A DNA stretch of 63,633 bases, the filler included, from Choristocarpus tenellus KU-1152 (lineage: Eukaryota; Protista; Phaeophyceae), in assembly GCA_964200185.2 (NCBI GenBank). It is 12 parts of 12 records of this genome, joined end to end, with 100 filler letters (N's around TTAATTAATTAA, not from the genome) between each part and the next. Parts side by side here need not be neighbours in the genome. Positions count along the whole stretch, not along the records: positions 1 to 5,233 come from CAXNAD020011406.1; positions 5,334 to 16,701 come from CAXNAD020002363.1; positions 16,802 to 31,333 come from CAXNAD020001166.1; 9 more parts are not named here. The stretch is one strand, 5' to 3'. Within the stretch, counting starts at the first letter, position 1. Each line of letters opens with the position of its first letter. A model generated the notes under the pieces. That model was not told the DNA's origin. It saw only the letters and a list, made by a program, of their open reading frames with translations, and did not search any database. This document shows, in pieces, positions 1 to 21,066 of the stretch. The translations under genes and the position numbers were made by a program.

Positions 1-23
1 CCCCCCCCAAGATACTTTGACCC
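1..23 (+). mobile_element. MITE family A, right terminus only (contig start)
   Basis: C-run followed by AAGATACTTTGACCC, matching the right TIR of the copies ending at 2799 and 23377. Confidence 0.75.
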
Positions 24-1309
24 TTCTTCCTCAAGAGTTGTCTGTGCTTCCATGATAATAGGCTCAAGAAACTATTTTGTCTCGACCCTTCACCTGAGTA
101 TAGCAAAGGAACAGCTTTAAAGGAGGCGAAATGGGAGATGGGGATCAAAGGTTTAAGACTAGAGAAATACATCTCAGAGAACTTACAAATGACAAATAGT
201 ACAACATATAGTTGATTACTTTGGCAAGACTTGAAGTGTAAAAGATGTCAATATATGCAATGACATTATCGCATTCAGTATTTGACCCATATTATTATAC
301 TAGAGGGGTTCCAAGCGTCCATTCAGGGCCTGTGTAACCCTGTAGTGATTTCATGCCATCTGAGTAAACATGTCAGATGTAAGGACAGTTTCTAAAATCT
401 CAACGTGCCTTCCTTTTCCACCCCCCTGCCTAGACCAAATCCTACGGTGCAGGGTTGACTAGCAAAGTTGATAGGGAGAGAGGGATTGGATTGCGAAAAA
501 AGATGGGGCTGATTGGACAAATATTGAGCAGTAGTCAAAATAGGATAAATTGAAGGCACGGGCTGCATGCCCTCAGGTGCGACCAATCTCGGATAGAGTG
601 CGCACAAAAACAGCACTGCAGGTTACACAGGTGAGTGCGTAATAATAGTGCGTATGTCTTATTCTCTTTTTGTGCTTTGGCAGGGATGGACGTTATGTAG
701 CACAAAAATGATTCGGTTCTTGCGATAATACTCACGTTCAACTCAATTTTTTTCTACTAATAATACTGATACTGAGAAAGGCCAAATCCCTCGATATGGG
801 AAATAGAGTCACCTCACCCTTTTACAACAATAATAGGAGAGAAGAGTACAAGTGGCGGCTGATTCATTTTCATTTCATTTCTCTTTTTATTTTTATTATG
901 GGAGTCGCTTCTTAACTTGTGTTCCATCCATGAAAGATCCAATAAAGAATTGTCTCACTGGTTTTTACAATAATTGGCACCTCACCAACAATTACTATTA
1001 CTATAATTTTTATCAGTATATTATTATTTTGCTGAACTCTTGGACTGGAACTTCCCCACTACCTTCAACCCACCTAGCCCTTGACTCTTGATCAAATAAA
1101 TGGCAATGCGCACTGAAACATTTCTTCTACTCTACAAATATCCCGTTACACTTTTACGCCCCATGTGTACCTTTATTTTTTCTAGTGCGTTTGGTTCAGT
1201 CATCTCACCGTTCATCACTCCGTATCCTCCCTCGAATCTGATGCGTACCCCATCCATCCGCAACGAATCTTCACCACCACAACCAAGGCCTTTCCGTGGC
1301 AGCATTCTT

Positions 1310-1573
1310 GAGACAAATCGATTCAGAGGTAGGCAGGGTTGCATTTTTAGGATCCCGAGAAAGGGCAAAAATATGTCATTTGGTACAACTGCAGAAAGAG
1401 CCTTTGCTTAATTGCGGTGTCACTTTCTGTGTGGAACGGAGGTATATCAATTTTGTGTATGCCATTGTGTACAAAAAGCAATGAAATAGATAGAGTGTAT
1501 TGCACAGGGTGAGAACGATGGCTTTAGAATGCAATAGAGTCCAAACCTGCCTACCTCTCGATTGGTTTGGCTT
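1310..1573. mobile_element. MITE family C, copy 1 (~264 bp)
   Basis: Terminal inverted repeats GAGACAAATCGATTCAGAGGTAGGCAGG ... CCTGCCTACCTCTCGATTGGTTTGGCT. Its full length aligns by eye to the reverse complement of 52514-52770. Confidence 0.8.
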
Positions 1574-2674
1574 TGTTACAAAATCATGTCACTTGTTTGA
1601 CATGTATGAACCTTGACATCCACTTCCTCTGATCACAAATGTAAAGGGCATTTGAAAAACAGGACCACCAGAGGCTCCTTGTCATCGAAGAGTAGGGTTT
1701 TGACCATCCTTGCAGATGAAGAACCGGTTCTCATCGACGGCTTACCATGGATTGAACACGACCAAAACCAAGTTTTTTATGCTTTTGTTGCGAAGTGTCA
1801 ACTGCGTGATACCTAATTGCGACCCAAGGCCCGTTGACTTGTACGTTATTTTATTGGGATTACTTCATGTGTCTCTTGTATCTCATTGGGCCAAAGTAAA
1901 CGAGAGATACCCAGTTTTTGGCCATTTACATCATAAGCCAATTTTTTCATCTTTTACTATCCAACCATACATCTATGGATAAATTGCTAAATTTTTGTTG
2001 GAGAGGGTCGATTTCGTTATTTGTTCGAAAATTGTTGACACAATTCGGAAAGTATCCTGTACGCATTTCTACAAAATACCGAATTTTGCACATATTTGTC
2101 CTCATTATCCTTAAAATGCAACTCTTACTCAACTTCCGCTATGACCCTATGATGAGGTCCACAACATCAGCATCCCTTCATAGATCTTCCATATTTTCAC
2201 CACTGTCTCTGTGGTGGTCTGAAACTTCTCGGCAACTCACTTGATGCCACCGAATATCGAGGAGTCATTGTTCCCGCCTTGAAGCAACTCTTCAAAAACG
2301 CTGTCTTATTTTCTCGGCATATATCAGATTCTTGCATTCTCTGATTGTTAGGCAAGGGAAGTGTTGGGGTGGAAGGACTCTGGCCAAAAAAATCAAATTG
2401 AGGTCCTGTTTTGACCCCCCTTTATCGACCTCTTCTCTGACTACATCATACATGACACTTGGATTTGTTATTTGAGCTGACCAATTGAAGGGTGCCCTTT
2501 ATGATGGTGAAATCAATTGGATCAGGTTCGAGGTAGGGAACTATTTATGCGGCAAAATACTATGCCCCTTATACCTGCAATCAGAGGAAGTAAACATTCG
2601 AAATATTCAGAATATCCGTGTCTAGAACGGATCGGGCTCTTCTTATGATTGCAGCAGTCCCATATATTGCCCAG

Positions 2675-2799
2675 GCAACCTCAAAAGTGCACTTACATTA
2701 TCCGTCCAATGTATGGAACCAAATCAACCAAAAATCGCAATATTATGAAAAAATTGGTCCCAAATGGACAGCCGCCACCCCCCCCAGATACTTTGACCC
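2675..2799 (+). mobile_element. MITE family A, 5'-truncated copy
   Basis: Shares AAAAGTGCACTTACATTATCC, CAAATCA(A/C)C and CCCAAATGGACAGCCGCC(C)nCAGATACTTTGACCC with the complete copy at 23201-23377. The left TIR is absent. Confidence 0.75.
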
Positions 2800-2949
2800 T
2801 CAGCATGGCACGCTTCGACCTCAACAATTCCCACTCTTAGCCGCAGACACGCCCTGGTACTAGGAAAGGCCACTGAGGGGCAAATCTCGTGATTCACTGG
2901 GGACAGGGTCGTGGCCATCTCTAGACATGTTGCTGCTCCTGTCTTCTTC

Positions 2950-4417
2950 CCATGTGAGGAAGGAAAATAAATGTGATCGGTGAACTGGCGGAGTGTTAGA
3001 TACTCCCCTTCCCATTATTTCCTTGCAAGGTAGGTATCTGTCTCTGTAGTACACCGTATTGTGGCAAAAACCGCATACTTGGTCTCCAAGATCTCCTCAA
3101 GAGCAAGCGAGAACTACCAGCGAAGATTTTGGATGCCAATTGAAAGGCATTGTGGAAGTAGTTCTCCATCACCCTTGGGTGCCTCCACCTCTTTCTAGTA
3201 GGTTCAAGTTGAACCATTCTCTGTGTACCTGGGGCAAAGCTTGTGATATTTCCCTGCAGATAGTCGTAGTCCCACGTGCTCACAAAGAGCTTACGCGTCC
3301 CCTTCAAGGTGCTATTGTACACAGAAGATTGCACAGAAGTGAACGCAGAATTTCCATTGATGACATGATAGGACTGACATTGGAAATGCTTAAGAAAATA
3401 CAGCATAGGTGCAGGCCCAATCTGGAATTGGCTGCAAAAGGGCTTAGTTTCCATCCTCTGCAGTCTTAACCTTCACCAGCTCCATGGAGTGATTGGTATG
3501 AGTCTGCTCAGAGGTAACAATTTTTAACTCTGCTCTGAATTCACTAGACTTTGCTTGCAATCTTCGTAACATGAAATATCCCAGTCTCCCCCACTTTACC
3601 ACCCAATCCCCTCTATGTTAATACTGACTCATCAACTGCAAGCTCCCAGGACTGACGGAACACATCATGGTAGTTGCGATTCCACGCATGGAGGAAGGAA
3701 TTTCCCTCTACCCACCTTTCTAGACTCTCCATGGTCCCTTCCCCGCCCCTCCATCCTCGCGTCCACTGCTAGTCAACGAGAATGCTGAGAGGACGACCAT
3801 GTAGTAGTTGCAAGTGAAGTATTGCCCGAAGACAGTTCCCATCTGTGTGCTCTTGATACACCCTCCTTTTGCCCAATGTCCCAACTGTGTTCTATGCATG
3901 CTCTCAATCAACGCTCATCATGGCCAACAGAGAGCATCCAACTACAATATTTTGTTAGTGGCAAATGTTTGACATTTACCTGGTCGCATGTGAGCGTTTC
4001 TACTCTCTACCATGACCTTGATCTCGTCCTTAAGAAAAAGCAACCTGAAGTAGTTGGTGGACTCCAAAGTCAACTTAGCGAATGCTGCTGCAACGGCATC
4101 AAGTTCGCAGACCACTTGTCAACGGTCCGTAGGTCCATCTCAACTGCCATGACATATTTTTACCTCGAAGACAGCCTCTTCTCATTAACCCTTTGGACAA
4201 GAACGAATTAACCAGCATCTTCAACCCCCCCAAAGTCTATTGAACCGACGCTGGAACCAATGTCTCCAGATCCATCCTCCTCACTGCTGCCATTTCTCAC
4301 ATGCCAAGTTCCTTATGAATCTTCATCCCCACCATCTTCCAAATCTCCTTCCATCTCATTATCCTCATCCTCACTCGAGTTTTCCTGATCCGAATCTTCA
4401 ACTGACATAACCATCAT
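2950..4417 (-). pseudogene. Degenerate piggyBac-like (PGBD, DDE_Tnp_1_7) transposase
   Basis: Minus-strand pieces across frames, in the expected order: acidic N-terminus, FGQYFTCNYY..LSAF, GPWRV, AWNRNYHDVFRQSWELAVDESVLT*RG, HVINGNSAFTSV, YFHNAF, SLALEEILETK. Many stops and frameshifts; boundaries approximate. Confidence 0.65.
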
Positions 4418-5233
4418 CTATCTTGGTGCTACGCTCTTGTTGATGACCACACTATTCACAGTGAAGGCAGCAACCCACTTCTGGTTCTTATTCCCTACTT
4501 TAGAAGCCGGAACGATCACTACCGGAACGATCACTACCACACTCAACGTCTTCGACTTTCACGTCTTGGTGACTTGGCATGGTGTGACTTTACCTTGCAT
4601 ACCTCAACAGCTAACCCAATGTGTATATCTGTCACTTTAGCTGGTCTCATAGGGATGAAATCGCCAAAACAGGGTTCGTTCCGTTGAGCCAAGACGCAAA
4701 ACCTACAATCTGACCTTTTCTGGACAGATTTATTGTAATTGTGGATATATTTATACCAATGGTATCCCTAATCCAATCACATACTACTACATGGAAATAT
4801 CGTTGCTGATGCAACAAAAAGAGCGAGGAAAAGGAACAAACGTGGGAATTTGAGAGACATTTTATTGTGTTGCGTTGAATTAAATAAACATACTTTGTGC
4901 AGATTGTCAGAGAATGTGCAACATGCGCTCTAGTAACACAGGATGTCCCCAAGTTAGTAAGTATCCCTACAATTCCAGGAAAGAAACAGAGGGAGGGTCG
5001 TGCCTGGGTAAACCTGTGAGTACTGTCCGTAGGGGAACAGGTACGGAAAACATTCGCCACTGCACCCCCACACACAGTACTTCAGCAACACCAGGAGAAA
5101 AGTCACAATGTTGGACTGCTTGTTCCGTGGCTGGGAACAGGGGGAAGGGAAGTAACACCAGCCACCAGCAGCTACAGTGCTTCACCTGCAGCAGGAGGAA
5201 AGGTACAAGGGGGGGATGTGCCTGGGCAGAGGG

Positions 5234-5333
5234 NNNNNNNNNNNNNNNNNNNNNNNNNNNNNNNNNNNNNNNNNNNNTTAATTAATTAANNNNNNNNNNN
5301 NNNNNNNNNNNNNNNNNNNNNNNNNNNNNNNNN
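5234..5333. other. Artificial contig spacer (44 N + TTAATTAATTAA + 44 N)
   Basis: Identical 100-bp spacers also at 16702, 31334, 34013, 36915, 39682, 42678, 45359, 53035, 56253 and 59955. The 12-mer puts stop codons in all six frames. Confidence 0.98.
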
Positions 5334-5508
5334 GAGTCTACACCAGGGTGTCCATTTGGGCCCTGACCAGGAGAAGTGCGCTTACATTATCCATTTGTCG
5401 CATGCTACTTAGGGTTAGGGTTAGGGTTACTAAATCACCCAAGAATTGTGACATGGAAAAACGGGCCCCGAATGGACAGTCGCCACCCACCCCCAAAAAC
5501 TTTGAGCC
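5334..5508 (+). mobile_element. MITE family A copy (left end lost at contig edge) carrying a (TTAGGG)3 insertion
   Basis: Colinear with 23230-23377 (ACCAGGGT.TCCATT.GGGCCCTGACCAGGA.AAGTGC.CTTACATTATCCAT ... CTTTGAGCC), with 22 extra nt at 5410-5431. Confidence 0.85.
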
Positions 5509-5622
5509 AGTACTACATATCATTTTTTTAATGTCATGATGATTGGGATATAGTGCTCAGCTGATGGCACTCCAAAAATCTATGTATCATGATACTGTCT
5601 GAAACCTTTGTTTTCTACTCAG

Positions 5623-15264
<9,642 letters not shown>

Positions 15265-16901
15265 TAGTGATAAAATCATTAATGTAGGGTTATATCTATG
15301 TACCAATATTTTACTGAGAGATTGTGGTTTAATGACGAAAATTAGTTTCAGTAGGGGGTGAACAAGTGAATTATCAATTTCTGACAATTTAATGGCTTCT
15401 TGTCATAAATCTAAGTTATACATGTTGGGGCACATCCTTAGAAGTCTAGGATATAGGACTTCTATCCTTCTCTTCTGGATCCCAATGATTTGCACCTATT
15501 CATGTTTTTGAGGGTGGTATTGGATAAATCTATCGCTAATCTTGTGAGATGTTAATGAATCGATACACTGTGATTTGTACAACTTGTGCTAAGAAGGACA
15601 AACCATTGTGGAGGGATTCAACTAAACATATTTGTGCCAGGTAACCATTAATACATGTTTCACAGGCAGGGTAGTGGTATGACAAATATTTGTACATATT
15701 TTGTAGAGAATGAATTGTACCAACAAATACTTGTACATGTTTTTGAGCAGGGAGTGGGACCAATATGCAATACCCGAGCACTGAGCACTGATATACCAGC
15801 AGATTTTATTAGCTTGAAGAGTTAAGGGCGATTCCAACAGGTATTGAACCCGGCAACACGACACGCTAGAGACGTCAGTCACCCAGTGTACTATTAGGGC
15901 TTGCACAATGTGCCCGTCTTGAAGGAGGGGTGATTTTTTTTCTATACATAATATCATGGAACAAGGGAACCAAGTACTGTATGTAATTGCAGTAGTAACC
16001 TGGCATTTTCCGCAACTGTTGTTTGCCATAGATCACAATGTATGATTGTAAGTGAAGATGAGTGAGGGAGTTATCAGCAATACACAATTTTCTTCTCTTG
16101 ATGCAAAGGACAAATCATGTGTACATGGCTAACCAGCACAGTTGTATGAACTCAAGAAATGTGTATCATTCCCCAACATTGAGTTCTACGCAGTACATAA
16201 TTTTATTGAAAAGATTCCTGGGTAGAAATTATTTGTACATGTTTTTTGTCTACAGGTTTGTGAAGCACAAATTAGTTGAATCATGATCTCTTAGACGTAA
16301 GCAAGAAATCATGTTGGTTTGTAGGCAGTAGGCTGTGACTGCTTAACAAATATGTCATTTTCGCAATGCTGATATATTTAAACACGTTGGGTGTTGGCCA
16401 GGCATTAGTAGTGGAAGTAACTTTCCCATATCTCCAATATGTGTAGCACAAAATATGAAAATATTTATGTACCTCCAGCAATGTAGTCCTATGTCATTTC
16501 AAGCACTCAGGAGCATACATTAAGTACTCAAGTATGTCGGACAGAACAATAACAATTGGATGGAGATCCATCCAGGAACATCTGTAAGTTTAATCTATTC
16601 AGGCAAGGCACTCATGTGCACGAAGGCACACCCCACTACCCCTTGTGTGTTATGTCATGTCCCTCTCCCCCTTCCGAATCATCCCCTTACCTGTGTGTCC
16701 TNNNNNNNNNNNNNNNNNNNNNNNNNNNNNNNNNNNNNNNNNNNNTTAATTAATTAANNNNNNNNNNNNNNNNNNNNNNNNNNNNNNNNNNNNNNNNNNN
16801 NCCCCCCCCCTCATACTGGTGCTTGGCACTCCCTAGTAAAACTCAGCATGTGCGCCTTGTCCCCCCCCCCCCCCCACTACTTTGCATTCATTTTGCTTCA
16901 G

Positions 16902-19900
16902 GAAGAACGCCTTCAGCTGCTCGGTCGCTTGTATGGTGCTGATGCTGCCGAGGGCTTAGATTTGGTGGGGCTGACCCTTGCTGGCAGTTCCCCTTCTATT
17001 GTGGAGAATCCCCACCAGCTGGCCTTGGAGAGATCAAGAGAGGGTGGCCAGCTACCTGGGAGGCGTGCTATCAGCAGTGGCAGTAGTAACAGAGTGGGTG
17101 GGGATAGGGTTGGGGTGAAGCGCCCTCACACAACTGCACCCATGACTGGGCGATCAGAGATGCATCAGGTGGAGTCAAGGAGCAAGGGAGGCAAGAAACG
17201 CATTCGCCCTATTCTACTAATCCCTGAGGGCGGCCCTGGAGCACAAGGGGAGAAGCTCGACACAGCACATGATGGCCCCTGGGCCAACAATGGTGGTGCC
17301 AGTACTGGTGGAACTTCTCCTATGTCGACTCTGTCAAAACGCCCCCGTGTGGCAGAAGGGACCAAGCGCCATCGCCACAGTCATAGTCAGTACCCTCCAC
17401 CTGCGCCTGCAGCTGTGGTACGAGTCGGGTCAAGTTTGGACACACCGTTGATGTCCCCCCCTAGCCTCATGCCTAGGAAGCCTCCAATGGGTGGTCTGGT
17501 GAGGCAGATATGTGGGGATGGCGAGGGAGCATTCCGCCCCCCTGCCCGCCGTCGAGAGAACGGTGATGGTGGGGCGGAAGTGTGTGTTGGTCAAAGAGAG
17601 GGGCTAGGGCAGGGGCAGGGACTAACTGGACGGGGGGGAGGGGAGGAGGGCGTGGGTATGGCAGGGTTAGGTTTGGAGAATGAAAGGGGGGGTAGGATCG
17701 GCAAGAGTGGGGTATTGGAGTGCTCACCTCTTCCGCAAGAGTTTCGGAGCCTCCCGGCTCGCAGATACACGAGGGTGACCATGTTCAGGGGAGGGAAGGT
17801 GGTGTGGAGTAACTTTTTGGCTGGGATCGCGACCTCCTGCTGCGGGAACTCAAGGGTTGGGGCGGTTGGAGTGGAGGATGGATCTATTTATATCTATGAC
17901 CGGTGAGGAATGGTATTGAATATGTTGCCTGTGCCATCTCTGTTGTTCTTTTTGCTACTACATCGATGATGTGTGAATGAATGTGTAAGGATCTTTGTGG
18001 GCTCACTGTTAGTTCGATGGGGGGGGTGGGGCTTGCGAATTTGACCAGGGGAGTACTTGTGATTCCATGTGCTTTTGGTTTGCATTATCGTACTCAGTTG
18101 CACACAGTGGCATAGTGCTGTACCAGGCTTTTCTTGTGTGATGTCACGAAGTAGTAATGTTCACCTACATTTGGAATGCCCATGGAGACATGTACGTGGA
18201 CATTGCTACAAGTAAAACTGCAGTAACAATGACCTTCAAAGGCCCTTGCTTCACCTTGGAGTGAATGTATCTTAGAGGGTACGAGTTTTGCCCTGTTTGT
18301 CCATTTGGGGCTTGGCTTCCCATGTTTTGTTTAACGGCATTTTCCCACTCCGAAATGTTTTGGAGTGGGAAAAATGTATACGTTATGAAAAGGTGTGTCC
18401 AGAACATGGATATTGATGCTTCCTAACAAACACGATGGCCAAAATTACATCAAAATCACAACATTGGATTTTGACCCCCAAATGGACATGCTCTACCCTC
18501 CAAGATACTTTGGCTCTTGTCACACATACTTGGCTTTTTATCATTCCCCAACTGACCCCTCCTTTCCTCTTTCCCTCCATCCCTCCTCCCATACAATGTC
18601 AATAACTTCTTTCCGAGACAGGAGTGGGACTCTGGTGGCCCCAGCACTGGTCATTTCCCCCCCAGTTGCTTATTTGGAATGCAGTGGAGATGTGCAGGAC
18701 CCCACCACCTCTATCAGCAGCAAATACCCACAAAATAGACGTGGCGTTGTGGGCGATCAGCTTATGGCCATCTCAGGGGAAGGGGAGGTTTTTGTGTGGG
18801 ATCTGGATGCTATGTCTTTGACTGTAAAAGGCTCCTTGGGTCCTCTAATGCGGTCATTGTCTTTGGGCAGCTCCCTTGCCTCTCAGTCTCCTACCTCAAC
18901 TACTGCTGGTAAGGGAAGAGATCAAGGTGAAACTGCAGGAGGTCAGGCCAGGGCATCAGGAGGTGATGCTGTACATACAGGGGGTGGTGCAGGAGGCTCT
19001 GCGGCAACCACAGGGGGCTCTGGGGGAGGTGTGAGTGTGGTGAGGGCTGGGGTTACAAGCGAAGGTTCACCCCTAGTTCTTATGTCATGCCCTGGGGGGG
19101 TTGGAGGTGGGCTTCAGGTGTTCTTGCTTCACAAGGGACTGGGCACGTGGGTCCGGGTTGCAGATGGAAGGCGAGTTTGAGTGAGAAGGTAGAAGTGGTG
19201 ATTTTAGAATTTCCTAACAATTTGATTATCTGTAGGTTTTTTGTCTTTCCAAATGTGCTTGGCATTGTTGAGTTTAGGGGTGGGAGTAGTGCAGTTCATA
19301 CTATTTTTTTTAATGCTCCTTCCACTTCGTAGAGACCTCTACTTTGTACCACGTGCTCCATGAACAGTATGGTGTGATATGATGCAGTATAATACTGGGA
19401 CTAAGTATATACAGTACCCATCCCGTGTTGCCCATCTCTCTAACAATTGTATACGCCTCCCATACATAAACCCTGGTTCCATACCCCGACCCCAATCCCC
19501 CCGTCCTCTACACTGTGATGACTCTGTTAAGGTACTCTCTTTCCAACTTTTATGGGTCAGGTCCCTGTACAGTCCATGCCACAGGTTTGGTCTCTGGCCT
19601 CCAGGGCATTGTCCGAAGCAGTGCCCGCCCTTCCCCCAGTGCTCTGCTCCAAGCATCAGCTCTGCCTGCAACACACCTCTCTTCTTCTGCCATGAGGGGG
19701 ATTACAGGTGAAGGGGGACTGCAGGTCAGTGTGACGAGAACACACTTGGAAGACTCTATGGCATGCGCCCTTATGCTCGGCAGCTCAGAGGAGTTTGTTG
19801 ACATTTTGCAGGCGTATGCAGGGTGTCTGGCGAAGACATGTGTTGGAGCTAATGATGCCAGGTGTGAGATTAATACATTGAAAGGGATATAGTTGGTCTA

Positions 19901-21066
19901 TGTATGTGTGAGTGGGGGTGTCTGCATGCATCACTTTCCTCAAGAAGTGGTAGTCTAGAGTAGTATACAGAATACACACAACCTGAATCTCATAAGAACA
20001 TATGAGAGCACTCTGTGGTGCAGTTTATGTAACACTTTTCCTATGGGTGTGGATAGTGAGCAGTTGGCACTATACTTCCTGCAAGAGGTGTTTGAATTGT
20101 CCCATTATTGTGAGATATGTATGTAACAGCATCTTGCTCAATGAGCAAATAACTTACACACACAACCTCCTTGTGTGCTCCTTGCATGATTAAAGAGTTC
20201 GCGCTTTGTGTGATAAGCTCCTTGTGGGATGTAGACCAGAAGGAGATCAGTCGGTGCTAGCTGTAACGGTTGGAGGCAGTGAGGGCGGTGCCAATGGAGG
20301 AGCGCTGGAGCTTGGGGCTCGATTTGGCAGTGGCCCAACTGTATTAGGTGTGAGCAAGTTCAAGTTGCTCAAAGAGGTGAGTACTGGGTGATCTGTCAAG
20401 AGAGCAATGTGAAGTTTACTGTTTCAATGAGTCGTTTAAGAATATGCCGGTTGGTGGGGTCAAACAAATCCTGTCAAGTAACAACAATGATTTTTTTTTG
20501 TGATAGTAAGATGGGGGAAGAGGGATGTTGTATGGCTACTGTGATATTGTATTGTGTCAATGCAACGTACAAACTGTTCTACTGATAGAAATATTGATGT
20601 TCATATGAAGTCTGCTCCCTTGAGTCCCCCCCCACCATCTTCCCCCCATTGCCATCTCTTCCCCCTGTGTGGCTGAATGTTGGACATGCAGGTGGTCTTG
20701 CCAGCCTTGGGAGCTAACCGATCCCTACAAAGGTTAGTGCATGAGTACTCTAATGAGCTCAGCCTCATCAATCCCCCACATTGCCTGTCACAGAGCAGCG
20801 CACCGTTGGAAGTACGATCAAAGTCTGTTCCTGGAAATGCAGTGAATGGTGTAACAAATGGTGTGGGGGGGGGGGCAGTGGAAGAGGTGCGTCGAATAGC
20901 AAATGCAAATGGGGGACTTTCCCAAAATGCAGCTGACACTGTTCTGGGTGGAAAAGGTGTTTCAGAGGAGGTGGCAGTGAATGAGGATGTGTCTCAGGGA
21001 GATTCCACATCATCAGGATTGAAATCCGCTGGCACTACCCAAGATGAAACTGTAAGGAGTGGTTGA
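16902..21066 (+). CDS. HIRA: HIRA histone H3.3 chaperone, C-terminal part (5' partial)
   Basis: Exons 16902-17902, 18622-19170 (GC donor), 19532-19861, 20196-20376, 20692-21066 (stop). B-domain-like GGKKRIRPIL and Hira C-domain motifs VVWSNFL..., AVGVEDGSIYIY, WVRVADGRY, HLEDSMACALMLGSSEEF, RVRALCDKLL, VLPALGANRSLQRLVHEY. Confidence 0.85.
18259..18516 (-). mobile_element. MITE family B, complete copy (258 bp) in a HIRA intron, 3-bp TSD TTG
   Basis: TIRs GAGTGAATGTATCTTAGAGGGTA / TACCCTCCAAGATACTTTGGCTC, with TTG at 18256-18258 and 18517-18519. It is the reverse complement of the 49271 and 57635 copies. Confidence 0.88.

Noticed and set aside
3059-3469. 136-aa plus-strand ORF
   Set aside because: It is the antisense shadow of the piggyBac-like fossil.
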